From contig JAQGDQ010000187.1 in the NCBI GenBank assembly GCA_030141605.1, forward strand, positions 62,001 to 126,000: a stretch of 64,000 bases of DNA. The letters run 5' to 3'. The stretch is from Tubiluchus corallicola (taxonomy: Eukaryota; Animalia; Priapulida). A program made the position numbers and the translations under genes. Below the pieces are notes generated by a model. That model had not been told where the DNA came from, did no database searches, and worked only from the letters and a program-made list of their open reading frames with translations. Of the stretch, positions 1 through 15,200 are shown one piece after another; position 1 is the stretch's first letter; each line of letters begins with the position of its first letter.

Positions 1-241
1 AATCTTAGTCTTGACATCAATATTTAAAGTAAAAATAATCTGTTATTGTTTGCCTTATCAGCACTTTATAGTTGTTATGTTGTATCACTTTTGCTTGTGA
101 TTTGTGTTAAACGTATGTAAGAGCAAAGATACCAAATAGAAATATGAATTACACTTTGCAAATACCTGTGCTACTAATAATTAGATTATTATAAATTAAT
201 CAAGAATGCTACTTTGATATATTCTTATTTCTATTCTTCAG

Positions 242-3200
242 GTGTCGGCTGGAGTGCAGCGATTATTGTATATGTACCTTTATACAATCAGCATGTATTC
301 TCCGTTTCTGAACATGTTTAGGCAAATTGAGGCACAAGGAGAAAACTACGAGCTTGTACTTCCTGCTAACTCGGGGGTAAAATGACCATCTTTATAAAAA
401 TAACATCCATTTCATGGTTTAATTGCTGTTAGTTTATTAAATTGTAAATTATTTGCTGCATTAAAGTTGTTTTGTTTATTTTCTTTTATAGGAAGTTGTT
501 GAACTTGCTAAAAGGACTGAAGGCCATTTGATTAAATTTGCTGCGAAGAACCAGATATCTCGTTACAGTTGTCCATTCCACGCTGACACTTATCGTCCCG
601 AGGAACAACTAGAAACTATTGATGTAGCTCAGTATCTTCCATACGCGCCTTTAATTGTGAGGCTCAATTTCAGTCAAAACAACATTAAGGAACTCCCGGA
701 ACACATTTTTCGGGATCTGTATGCACTCCAGTTTGTTGATTTCTCTAATAATAACCTAGAAACAATTCCAAGTGGTTTGCCCAATGCTAGGAATCTTGTT
801 GCAATAAATATAGCTGGGAATAACATACAAGAATTACCAAAGGATTTCTCTGCAGCCCACTCCTTGAAATCTCTCGACATTTCCGATAATCCTTTTCACA
901 ACATTCCCACTGAAATCTTTGCCCTGTCTGGACTGCAGGCTTTGATTGCCAAATCTCTTGTCCTTGATGTATTGCCTGATGATATAGGCAACTTACAGCA
1001 GCTGAAAACATTGGATTTATCTGAACATCAATTGAGCTTTTTGCCACAATCAATGGGCCACATGAGAGCCATGGTTCACTTTCATATCTGTGGATTAAAA
1101 TGGATAAAGCATCAAGGTTCAAATACTATTATAACAACTGAGTCATATCGGGAGTACGTTAATCACCACAGGGCCCTACGTGGCACTTATAAAAAAGTAA
1201 GTTTGTTTACCATAACATTTTATAACAACAAGTTATATTGTTTTATGTATTCTTTTTGATTTGTTTAACTGTTGTTTATTGTGAATATTATATCCCCCAA
1301 AAAGCTTTACTTTATTTCAAATTTAACAGCTGCAGCAAATCTTTTGTTATAGGGATTTGTCATACATTAATATTAAAATTTTTAATGGTACATTCAGAAT
1401 CAGAACTGATGGCGCCAAAAAACCTGTGTGAAAACTACTGTATTGAGTTAAAAGCATATCAGATGGTGGATGTGCACCAGTTATGGATACAAGATAGTTT
1501 AGCAAATATGGCTTTGTCATTAATGCTAGGCCATTACGTTTTTCAGCTGAAGCAATCTGGAGCAGGAAACCTCTTTGATTAGGCAGGGTTTTTTTGAGGC
1601 CTCCCAATGTATAAGTGCTTCTTGTTTTGGAATTTTTTACTGTACTATGTAAAGAACAGAAATTTAATACTATGTAAAGAGTATTAAAATAAACTTTTAT
1701 ACAAACATAAAATTTATTTATTTATTTTTGCAAGCCTCTTTTTACTAATTTTTTTACTCAAAAGTAAGGTGCTTATATTGGATGTAATGTTATAAGATTA
1801 TTAAAATAAACTTTTATACAAACATAAAATTTATTTATTTATTTTTGCAAGCCTCTTTTTACTAATTTTTTTACTCAAAAGTAGGGTGCTTATATTGGAT
1901 GTAATGTTATAAGATTTATTTCTCATCCAATGTAAGCATATCGGAAATGTCGAATTTGTTTAAGCTAATATTGAGCTTGTTCATGTTTTCAGGAGCTAGA
2001 TAGCTTGTATTTTGAATGTGACTTAGATAAAAATGCTACAATCGATGCAAATGAGTTGCCTAGACTAAACATGGAACTGTTTAAGCGAATCCCTCGAATT
2101 GGAGTCACAACTGAAGATGGTTAGCTTATTTTTTTGCATTTAAATAATTTTCATACTTTTAAGCAGTTTGCCATTGGTATTTTTGTTATATTTTGTTCCT
2201 ACCTGTAGTTTTTTATCTCATTTATGATAAAGTCATTAAATGCTGCCTGGATTATTTTTATTCTTTAATTTAAAATTACCATGTGTGCTGATACTTTATA
2301 ATGTTATTCCTCAGATAATAATCTTGGTGGATGTCCAATAGCCATATTCTACATGTCTAAACTTGTCGAGTTGGATCTTTCCTACCTTGCTATTCAGGCC
2401 ATTCCACACGAAGTAAAACACTTGGTGAACTTGCAGATTCTGAACATCGGCCATTGTCCTGCATTAGAAAGTTTATCTGAAGAACTAGCTACTTTGCCAC
2501 TTTCGGGTATGTAAATTTGTTATATTATGAAGTGTTATAGCTAACTATGCATCATATTGCAAAATGTAGTTATTACACCCTAGCCACTTCCATTTTTTTC
2601 TAATTTCGTGAAAAATGTTTTTATTTTTTTAGAATTAAATGTAGAGGATTGTTTAATGTTAAAGACACCACCTAGGGAGATTGTGATACGTGGATTTCAA
2701 GCTGTTATGGCATACCTGGGACGATTAAAAACTGGATCTGTGGAATGTAAAAGGACAAAGCTTATGTTTGTTGGCTTAGGTGGAGCTGGCAAAACGAGGT
2801 AAATTTCTGTACCTAAATAATGTTTACTGTGTCATGTTGATTGGCTAATACCTTTCCATTTTGCTCTTTTACCTAACACGAGATCCAGTGTAATGCATTT
2901 ACAACGAGGCCTGTTATAACAAGCTTCTGGTTATTACGAGTAAATTTCACAGGCTTGTCAAATCTTATGCTTAAATTATGTATATAAACCTTGCTTACAC
3001 GAGCTTCGATGTTAAGAGTTTTTGTTTTATTGGGAGGGAATTTTATCAGCACGTGATTGTACCTCTCGTGCACATAATGCATACATGGGCACCATTCACC
3101 AAGGGCAAAAATGTCAATGTGCACCATGAAAGATTAATTTATTGACTGCATAAACGAACTTATTGACAATGCATAAAATGATGTGTATCAAGTATAGCAC

Positions 3201-6200
3201 GTGCAAGTGTGCTGGTGAGTCTGCAGCTACATAAGTAAGTATTAAGTTAGTGTTACTGCTGTAAGCGCAATTTTAATTAACCTGGGCATGATGATTCAGA
3301 CACAGAAAAAGAGCCAGTTGAACCAACTTAAGCAATTTTTAGGCGTCATCAGCAACTGATACACAAAATAACTGAGTTTTTCAAAAAAATAATTTGTACT
3401 GCTTTGCTAAATGTAAAATTATGTTACTTCTCAAACTTTAATTTTTAATGAAAATGCTGGTTTAAATAAATACAGTGATTTTACATTAAATTACACACTT
3501 CTGTTGATAGTTATTATATGATATAGGCCCGTACTCAAATGCTCCTAATCACAAATTATACTGCCCCTGCATAGCTATTTAAATAATTATAACATTAAAT
3601 GGTTATAACACCCACGTAAAATACATTCAGCTATCATCAGCTGTCACTATGCATCACAGCATGGCTACTTAGAAAAGCAACTTGCAGGGCAGTTTTATAT
3701 AGAAATTTGATGCATAAATGCTCCTTAATCCTAGAAATAAAGGAGTTTAAACACTATAAGTTTACTCTTTCACGATAAAATAGTTGCTGAACAGTGGCAC
3801 TTATCAAGAAACTTGTGTGACTCTCAGAGGAAAGTGCTCTTTTCATCATTACATTATATCCACCTTATAAGCTTTATTTCAGCTTTATAACTTTATTTTG
3901 TTTAAAAAAATATAGAAGCAGCTTTTTAGTTGTCCCACTTATGAAATGTTGTATCATTGTTTTTTGATAGTTAACTGTAAGAAAGGTACTGCATCCAGTG
4001 ATAATATAGCACGTGCTAAGCCTATAATGCAACATTTTTACACAAAGTGAAAGCAAGCCTGTTTATTGTTTCTAACATTGTATTTTCAATTGCAGCTTTC
4101 TAACTTAAAAAGTTTAATATATCCTATATGCCTATGCAGAACTGTAATTTTTAGTTTTTTCATCAAATTACAGCTTGGTTCGTGCCATAACAACCCACCG
4201 TTACACTAGTGGTGGTATGAATGATGAGAATGTTACTGATGGAATTGATATAAGTCAGTGGGACGTGAAAACTGATGATGGAAGTGGGAGAATATCATTT
4301 AGTGTCTGGGATTTTGCTGGCCAATCTGTTTACTATAATACTCACCAGGTAATTGTCTTGAGATTCCAGATAATTGCGTACAGGAAATTTTACACCAAAA
4401 ACGGCACATTGAGCACTGCTGTATGAAAACTTCAAGTTAAGTGGACAGCCAAGGTTCGGGAATTGCACATCTAAACAAGTGGTGCTTCTAAACAAGTCCG
4501 TGTTTGGAGCTGCGCACTCTCACAGACTTCTGATACATTTTTTTGACATAGACGAAACTTATCAAAATTTGTCAGTTACTGATCGTGTTTCTTTTAGTTC
4601 TAAGTGTTCAGTTGACGTGGTATGCAATTAGTGGAGTGTACTAAAGAAGCATAAGATAAAGTAACTCTGAATAAATGCATTTTCGTTAACAAACTGAAAT
4701 TCAGTATGGCCAAGTAAAGAAAATACAAAGGTAAAAAATTGCAGATTTTCGATTTATATCTAAATTATTGTTAGCAAAAAATTTCAAATAGTTGAAGTCA
4801 AAAGCTATATGCTACAGAAAACAATAACTTGAAATAGATCAATTACTTTTACACTAATCACTGTGTAAAATTTGTAGGAAATGTCCTTACTATCCCAGCC
4901 ATGCTCAGTGCAATGCTCACCGAGACTCCTTTCAGTTTTTCATGACGTAAAAAGCTTACAGCCAGGACATTCAAATTAAAATTTGTATATAACAGATGAT
5001 AGCGGTCTTTGGAGTGCAGTTAGTAAACAGTTCCCTACACACTCGTGTTGCTATTAGTTGGTATTGACAGTTTTTGGGCATAATGATGTCTAGCTCACTT
5101 GTAAATTGCAATGAAGAAGTGAAAGAGATGTCTAAAGTCTATTTTGCAATGCTAAGGGCTTTCTAAATCACATGCAGTTGACATATGTCTTTCTGATGTA
5201 GCTGAAGGCTGTAAATTCAATTTTTGAGTCATTGACTGCCGTACTCAGTATTATTTTTATGTGAATTTTTAAGAATTTTTGTAATTTTTTCATTTCCATT
5301 ACATTTTTATGTACAAAAACTATTTAAAACAAGACAGCAGGCCATTTGAGGCCAAAATAAGAGACCATGTGTTTACATGTAATCTAACAGTCAAATAAGC
5401 CAGTATGTGAGACAAAATGTTGAAAATCTGCTTTATGTAGCGCATAACAAAATGTCTTTTAAGTGAGTGTTGCCTTATTATGATAGTTGAGACAATTCTA
5501 CTAAATTCAAAATTAGAAACCTAACAACGTTTTACTGTGTTTTCTTATAGTTTTTCTTATCTAACCGAGCTGTCTATATGCTGCTGTGGAACACGCGACT
5601 GGGCCATGAACATGCAGGCTTGGATTTTTGGTTAAGTTCCATTCGATGTCATGCACCAAAAGCTCCAGTTTTTGTTGTTGGTACACATGTTGACAAGGTA
5701 CATTTGATTTTTGTGTTTTTGCAATTGCACTTGCAGATTATTTCCTGGGTGAAAGAGATGTTTGAAACATGCAAATAACCCTGGTCGTGATGTAGCTGTG
5801 TAGCAGTGTAGTAAGCTTATTTTACAGTTCAGAAGGAAATCTTTCTGCGTAGCCATGATTTCATAAAAATGTCATGTCTTTGCTTCTTTGTCATGCACAT
5901 TCTTGTGATTTTCTGATAAATGTCAAGCAGATACAGCAGATCTTGAATCAGGACTTGTAGTCAGCTTACAGATCACCCAATGGCGTGGGCTTAAATTAGC
6001 AGGAAATGCAAAAACTGTGGCTATGACTTCGTGTGTTTTCCAGTTCACTAAGTAATTCTATCAGGAAAACTGCTAAAATGGCACAGACATCAGTATAGTG
6101 CACAAAATTTTATGGCCTTATCATTTTAATGACAAAATGTTGTTACTGTACCGATAGATAAACCAAATACAATTTTGACATTTACTTAATTAATGAAGTT

Positions 6201-9200
6201 CGTACACTATGTAAAAAGCGACATTGATCTTGTTTTTTGCAGGTGTCCCGAAGTGATATACCCGCAGCTGAGTTGCAGAAGAACTATCCTCAGATAGTGG
6301 ATTTCTTTTGCGTTAGTTCCTTTAACGGAAAAGTATGTAATCATTTGTAGTTGTGCACATGTATTTCAATCATGTTTTGTTTTTCTTATCCTTTTTTTTA
6401 AGAAATTGATTTTTCAGTTTTTAGTTTTCTTGCATAGTTACTGTTTTACTGGTGTATATTGTATTCAGTTATTTCCAAAAGTCTGTTTATGAAAAATATA
6501 CTTGGAAAAGATTCAATAATTATTTAGTTTCTCTAGTTTGTCTGCTATGTAACTAAATGAGAAGAATAGCAGATCTTAAGGTTGATAGTTTTATTGTGGT
6601 TTTTGTGTCTTTAAGCACTTGATTTTTACTTGTCTGTTACTTCGTCAGTTTTATGTATTTTCACCTAGGGTATTGCAGAGTTGTCAAAAGCTCTCACAGA
6701 TGTCACACTGAAGCAGAAATACATGGGTGAAAAAATCCCAGCTGTTTGGCTAACATTTGAAAACAAAATTGTCGAGTAAGCTTTTAGTCACATCTTATAA
6801 TTATTTTGACCATTTTTCTGTGTATGTATGTATTGTAAGTTCATTGTGACTGAGTCTTGATCTCCAAGTTTTGATTTAATGTTGTTTCTTTTCAGTGCTT
6901 GAGTTACTACTGTTTTTAGATGTTAGGTTGTATGTGTGTTAAGTTGTATGTTTTGACTTTCATGATTATGTTTCCCAACATTAATAAGAAATCATGATAA
7001 TTCATGCACATTATGTTCAGGATGCCTTGAAATGTAAGGTCAAAGTGCAATTGCTTTTACCATGTTATTTTAGGAAAAGAAAAAGCAAAGAATTACTGAA
7101 GTGGGAGGATGCAAAAAGCATTGCTGCTGCTGCCGGCATATTTGATAATGCTGAGGTTGGTTAATAACCATCTTACTGGCACATGCTCTGGAAGCTTTTG
7201 TAGTTAAACTATGCTATTGGTAATTGTAAATTGTCTAGTTTTTGTTTTTGCTATACAAAACTCTATTCTGTTGCAGCTAAACCAGGCTGTTCAGTTTCTA
7301 CATGACTTGGGATCAGTACAGCATTTTAGCAATGAATTATTGCGTAATCGTATAGTCATCAATCCACAGTGGTTAGTTGATGTTATGGCATGTGTGGTTT
7401 CTGTCAAGGATTCACCAATTAAGGTATTTTTAGATGTTTAAATGTCAGTATGAGCTATGGACAGTAGAGTAACAATTTGTATGAGGTTGTGAATGACTCT
7501 ACAATTCTGAGTTTTTAAGACATATTTAACTCATAGGAATGCAAAAAGAATGTTGCAGAAAAAGGCATTGAAGGGCTTTGAAATGTTTTGCCATTTAGTT
7601 TACTTCTATAGGGTGACTACTCTGGTGTCCGGAAATTGATAATTTTCCAGCATAATTATAATTGTTAATTATGATTATTTACCTTTTTTGACTTTGTTTA
7701 TATATTTGGTTCATTGTTTCGCCTGCTTGGCTTCCACAGCAATATGCAGCACTCTTTGGTTTACTTAATTTGCCCAGCTAGAAGGTGGAATTTCGTAAAA
7801 CTTAGTCTGGGTAAAGCTACGTTGATGATTCGGAATGATTTTGATTACATGGGCAATTTATAAAAATACATGGTACATTCAAAAAAACCCCAAATCATTG
7901 AAAACTGTCAGGAGTATCATGATAACTGTCGTATTATAAAATTTTTGTTTATTTGTGGCATTAAACCGCCAACATAATGTGTTTGCTATTGTCGGCTAAG
8001 TATCAATACTGAAAGCATTAATATTTACAAAAAATTTTGTTCAAATTTTCTTTTGCATCATTTTTAGATTACGCCAACACAATATTAGTATTTTCTAAAG
8101 TTGCTGGCTCGCTACCCTGCGTTTCATAGCCTCCGAGAGTCCTGTATGACTTACTTCCACACTTCCCCCTCCACTGGTCGAGGGTGTCAGGGAAAATCAC
8201 TTTCGCTGGGTGGTCACTGCAATATGCTTTGATAATAAAAGGAAATTATCTTAATTAAAGAAATTAGTTAATTGTTAAGTAATGTTTTTTCTGTTAATTC
8301 CTAATTTGATTTAGTTTAATTACAGTTTAATTGTCTTATGTTTGTCCTATGCTGCGACATGGAATACATTTTTAGTTTATATTGAAAACCCAATTTACTA
8401 TGATTATCGTATTAAAAGTGTTATTGATTTTATTTTGTTTGTGTTCCTTTATAAGTGTATATTGAGAGTTGTAAGTTAAGCGATAACTAGTTTTTGTCTA
8501 GTTTTGTTTATGGGCATTTTTTTGCAGGGTGGCAGGTTTCATCATAAAGACTTGGGGAAAGTTTGGTCTCATTATTCAAAAGACTTGCATCAGTGGCTTC
8601 TAAGACTTACAGAGGAGTTTGACTTAACATTTCCACTTCCTAATGAATCAATTAATTTAGTACCATGTCTCATGCCAGAATCTGAACCAGAAGTAAATTT
8701 TCTTTTTGGTTTATTTGTATGAACTTTTCATTTTAATATGTGATCATGTTAAACACATGATTTCGTATGAACTCTACTGGTGCTGATACGATGAGTAATC
8801 AGCGATCGGCAAGCGAACATTAATATCGGAACAGATCAGAGATTGGGCCCATATACTATATTATTGGCAATGGTAACGTGGTCTAAGGAAGCGCAGCAAA
8901 GTAAAAATAAATCTTAATTCAACTTTAATTTATTTGACAGTTAATCAAACTTTATTGAAAAATAACAATTCAGTTAACTATCAGAAAACAGTTTTTATTT
9001 TTCCAAATGCATCATGCATTTATAATTACATGCTTAAAAATTACTTCTGATAATGCACAGCAGCAGCACCAGCCAAGAAAAATGATCTTGAGCACACAAT
9101 CCAGCTGTAGGCTGGTCAACGCTCTCATAATCTGCCTTATCGCATTGAATGGCTGAACCAGCTGACATTGTATGACTCATGACTGTTAACTTTTGGAAGT

Positions 9201-12200
9201 TAGTATTGTCTTTTAGCGTATTACAGAAAATCAAATATCTGGCCTGGGCTAACTACTATTGTAAATAGTAAACAAGTTTAAATTTTTTCATAGTTTTTAT
9301 TAAATCGTTATATTGTTAACTTATATCCTCACACGATTAGCCTAAAAGTAAACCTAATTTGTAGCATAATTTATGTACACATATACACTTAGGCTAATTT
9401 CAACTTTATCTTCGGTTGGCCATAAGTAGCATTACTGCTGAACTTTGGAAGCTAATTCACAACTTCTTAGTAGCTCTCTTACAACTCAGATGCACAGTTC
9501 GACTGTTAATTCGATTATTGGCCTTAAATATTGTGCAAGGCATTCAAATTACAAATTTTCACGGATGTTAAAGTTTCATCTGATATAAATTTTCGTTTTG
9601 AATATATATGTAATAAACTTCAGTCAAGCCTTTTGTTATTAGTGTCTAATGAATAGTTAAATACGGTTGAAATAAATTCTTTTCGGAATTAATTTTGACT
9701 TTCTACAATTACATTTTTAAATCTCTTCACTTGTTGCAGAATTTAATATCATCATTTGTAATGTCATCATATCGGATTAGGTCTGAAATTGGGTGGAATT
9801 GTATCGGCCAATAAGTAAAAATAATCAGATCAGAACAAATCGTTTGTTTCGTTTTGGCACATCCCTAAATTCTACTAATGGATATAAAGTATTGCTAACT
9901 TTACATGCTCAACTGATTGCCACTCTTAGAAACACCGAGTGCGCTGCTTGAGCACATAGCACATGCATTTTTAGTTGTGCAGTTGAAGAAACTAGAGTTC
10001 TAAGAAATGACCTTGAAGAACTTCCTCATAGGAGGTGCACCTCAAGAATAGAAAATTGAAGGATGAGATTTGCAAAAGCAAACTGTTTGATAAGAAATCC
10101 CTGCTTGGTATTGTTTAAGCCTTTAGTTATTGCCAGTTTTTTCCTTATTTTAGTATGAATGGCCAGATGTTACAAGTGGTGAGCGAGCAACGAGGATGAT
10201 ATACAAGTTCGTTTATTTACCTGCTGGATTGTTTAATCGTGCTCAAGTAAGATACTTGCTTGTCTAAACCAGTAGGAATTCTAAAAAAATTGGTTTTTAT
10301 GTGTTTAACGAGAAGGAATTGCATTCTTGCAGTTCACAGCGAGTTTGTCCATGCAAGAAATTTGTTAAACATTGCCCTTTCATTGTATGAGTGTAGCTTT
10401 TGTATGGATCTATAGAGTTTGGCATATCATGATTTTATTGTGTTCATCCATCCAAGAACTAAGCACTAGTTATAGTGACACTTGGGTTTCTACTCACAAG
10501 CATAATTGTGAGAAGCCAGTTAAGACTTCATTTTGTACCCCGAGCATTAACTTTTAATGGAAAAACTTGGGTCTTACTTCTTTGAAACAGGACTGTAGTA
10601 GTATGTTTATCGAGCTTACATTATTTTTGGCAGGTACGATTATGCGAATTTTCTGATAGCTCCGCAATATGGAAGCGAGGGTCTTTGTTAAAGAAGAATA
10701 CTCACTTGGCTTTGTTAAAGCAGACTTCCTCAACGTAAGCATTGACAATGTGTAAATTTAACTAATTAATCAACTGAAAATCTTAACATGTCTTCAGTTT
10801 TGTTTCTTGTCATGTTTTGATATTATTTGTTAATTTTTTGTCAATATTTCATGTTAATACAAAGATTTTCTGTTTTTTACTCGTCTGATTTTTAATTTTG
10901 GATTATTTTCATGACTAATAACCATTCACATTATTTGGTATTATATGGAAAAAGGAAAAAGTGCATTGCTTATTTGAAAGAGTCAAGTTTTTATTTTGCT
11001 TTAGGCAAAGTGAAAAATAATTGCTTTTTAGGGAGCTTTTGGTTCAAGTTCAAGGTCCAATTCCAGAGAACATACTTTTTCTGGTTCATGAAGTTTTTGA
11101 GACACTGATAGAGGAATCATTTGACGGAGTGCGTTATGATTATTCTGTTCCATGCAAGGATTGCTTAGAGGTATTTTAAAGACCAAGATATAATCTGCGA
11201 TTTTGTATCTATAAATTTATATTTGCACATTTTTATCAGTGGAACTTTGAATGTTGAAACTTGGAGTTCCTTCTATTCCCAGTCAGCATTCCCTGTCATG
11301 CTAGCAGTTTTGCATGGTACTCATGACGAAACATACCTACTGATCCTTTTGTTAGCCAGATGGAAATTAAGCTATTCAGTAAACTGTTTTGCTCAAAAAT
11401 TTTACCAAATGAAAAGAGGCAGATTTGTTTTCCTATCTTTGGATTACCAGTTTTTCATCTAACTGACTGAGTTAATTGGCTTGGGCCAGATTTATCAGAT
11501 TTACTTGTCTTTATCAAAAAGTTTTTATACTTAAAGTTGCAATTATGAGTAATTAATTAATTATTTTCTCATATTAACAAATGAGTTAAAAAGCGTTACT
11601 CTAATATGAACATTTGCAAAAAATAAATGTTCATGAAACTTTGGTTATTACTGTTTCATTATTATACAATTTTCATGCCTTATTTATTTAGTACAAGTAA
11701 TTTCTTAATTATTTACTTATTAAATAATGAGTAAATACCATCATTCTAATGTGAATGTATGTAGTGCCTTTGAAAATTTTAAGTAATTGCTTTTGTTAGC
11801 TGTTTATGACAAATGAATTTGTTTCTCTGTTTTTAGATATTTTTTATTTATAGCTACAATAGTTCATTCATTACTTTGGTTTTTCATAGATTATCAAGGA
11901 GCCTTACATGTTTTCTGCTCAGAAGTGTCGACTTGCTGCAGAGTTGAAGTCTCCATTCCTACAATGTGAAAAGATGTTTCATATTATGACACTTGCTGAA
12001 CTGCAAGGTAAAATGCAGATTTTTTTTTCATAATATTGTTTAACTGATCATAATATTGCGTCAGGTCTTAAAAGTATGATTGTTTTCCTGTCACTTGAAT
12101 AAATCAGTCAATATAATTGTTTGTTTCGCTGATTACATATACTAACCATTTTTGCTTTTCAGGTGTAATGCCTCCCGAATCACATACGTCTCTTGATGTG

Positions 12201-15200
12201 CACTTAGAAAGAGCTGTAAGGGCTTTGGACGACATGGGAAAGGACATTCAGAATGACGTATTTTTTATTTATGCACCCGCTAATGTACCTATTGATGGCC
12301 GAAGGATTGTGCATCCCGAACAGATAGTAAATGACCTCCATGCTGCAGGCATTAAATGGTATACTTTTGTTTTACTCCACAATACATTCTTGCATTGTAA
12401 TCACAAGTGCTACTAAGAAAATCTGTAATTTCTTTGGTTCATTTGAACTACTGCTTATGTTATTAATGTTGGTTATTTTTAATGCTTATTTTTACAATGC
12501 ACTAGTGAATCTAATGATACTTTTTTATTTACAGTTATGCTCCAAAGAGTATCTCAAATTTACAGAATCAAGATAGCGTTGCATTGAAAGATTCAAAGGT
12601 ATCCTAGATTTTTGCGTACTTGTATACATACTCCTTCCTTATTAGCATGTTCCTATTATTACGAATATACCTTTACTCTGTATGTGTACATTTTTAACAT
12701 TTTTGAGTTTGGTCAAACTGCAATGTGTAATGTATTTTGTAGAAATTTATTACAGTTGTAGCAGTATTTTACACAAAGAGGTGATAACTTATAATTAGAT
12801 TTCCCTATTAGTATGAAACAGTCACATGCCATATCAGAATATTGTAATATTTTAGGGAAATTTATCCTGCATCTTGAGTTTAGTGCTTTCAGAAATTTGT
12901 TTAGATTTGGATTTATTTTCAAAAAGTGTATTTTTGCAAATTTTGCGATGGCATTTACTAACTGATTTAACTTGTTTCAGTTTGTGGTAATTGGAATTTC
13001 AAATGAATTCATTGAAAACAAAGACTGTTGCAATCTCGCGGCATTTGCTAGAACAAACTTACGTAAACAAATAAGTTTGGTAGTGTTTGGCAGTGGGTTT
13101 GAGTGGAAAAAATCTGATTTCTGTATGCAAATACTGGCTGGAGATGAAGTAAGTAGTAAAATAAAAACTCTTGTCATGTGAAAATGCTAATAGTACAGCT
13201 AGTGTCAGTGTTACTGTTTTACTTGTATTGTTTTGCCAGAAAATTACATGTGCTCTACTGGTTTTTATAATTTGTGAATTGGTACTTTGTGCATCATATA
13301 AGATGTTTATCTATTTTTCTACTGACTGGTGTACATTTGTGAAGCATAACTATTTCTTGCTTAAAAATGACACCCTATGGCAACTCTAGAGTAACTCTGC
13401 TGTTGCTGGCTTGCTTTGCATCCTGCTGCTCAGAAATAAAGGTGGTTTTTTAAACCAACTTTTGCCTTCTACTGAGATGTGTAATCATCTAGCTAATCAT
13501 CAACATATGTCTTACAATGTAACAGCTGCCTCTGAGTTAGTACATTGTTTTGGCATTGTACCATTACTACAAACCTACCATTACCTTGACATGCTATAAA
13601 TTGTTGGTTTAACTTAACTTTATTACTGTTGTACTAAATATAACATATAAATTGCTTTTTTCATCTCCAATTTTAAAGCTTAATTTCTTTGATTATTATT
13701 AACTCTTTGCCATATAAAGGCTGTCATTTTACAACCAGACTGATTGTTTGCAATAAGATCTGTATACTTTCCAGGTCTATGTTGATATGCGAGACATCTC
13801 AAGATATGAGTACAAAATAAAGGAACTAATCGATTCTGTTCGCCTTAGGTCAAAACATTTTAATGTAAGCCTTTTTTCATTATTCTTTCTTTAGCACTCG
13901 CGTACATCAGAGCCTCTATAGAACATTTTCATTTCTAAATGTGATTTGATTTCACTCTAGTAGTATTTATTTCTACTATATTGCATATAAAGTTTTTCTG
14001 CAAATGTTTTCAGTTTCTGTCACTTCTTTGCAGAAGTCAGAGACTAGTTATCCACCATGTTTTATAAGTTACTGCTGGTCAAATTCTAAACAGGCTGTTG
14101 ACATGGGAGCCAAGAGTGTGGATGGGGCCGTGGGGTATTATGATCCTCGTGACTTGAAACAGTTTCTGGAAGGCAATGGGATCAGGTGTTGGATTGACGT
14201 GGAACGTGTTGGAAAGGTGTGGTAGATAATAGAAATATTGTATGAATAAGGTTTGCCCCATAGTTGGTTTGTTTCATTCACTACATTGTTCAGCTGCCAC
14301 TGTATATAAGCATTGCGCATTTTGGCTACAAATTTATGTTTGTTAAAAAAACCTAAAATTTTTTAATGTAACTGTGAAACAGTATTTTGTTTGAAAAGCA
14401 TTCAAAGACAGTAGTGCATTACAGGTAGTCGTCGACGTACAACTTCTGTGACTTATAATTGTTTTCGACGTTATAACCCAAGCACAACTTAATTAATTAT
14501 ACAAATTACTCATATTTCCTTCAACTTTTTTAAACACTTTAACCTTTAAGGTAATTAACCTTTAACCACCATCTGTTTCGATAGTGGGCGTCTGCCATAC
14601 TTTATGCGCGTACACACCCAACAAGTAGAGGTGCACCGCTAAAGAGTATACTGTTCCCATTTGCGTCCAGTTCGTCTTACGGCCAATCAGCCAGAACTGA
14701 TTGTGGTCATAAGTCGACGACTACATGTGTGACAAAATGTTTTAATCATCAGATTCTAGAATGAATCCTGCTGCCCCAATTTTTAAACAGAAGATGCAAT
14801 TGGATTTTTTATTTGATGTCGTAACCTGGGACTTATGATTGTTTGACTGAGCTTACAAATAAATTATTGTTGAACAGTAACTAGGTTTTGAGTAGGCTTC
14901 GTATTTCTTATGGATATCAGATTTATAAAGTGTAATATAATCTTGATGCTTCGTACTTTTATATGTTGCTTAGTTTTAATAGCATGACATAATAGCATAA
15001 ATATTATAATTTTTATTGATCTGAAGCCTGACAACGTGTAAAAAAGAGACCTACTTGAAATATTATTACTGTGTAATGAAGACTTTTTTACATTTAATAA
15101 GCATTATCAGATTTTGTTTCTGGTAATTGATATACTGCAGTGCAATGGTTGTTGTGGCTATTGTAGTCTTGCTTTTTTTCAAGTTATTTGTGTCATCTGT

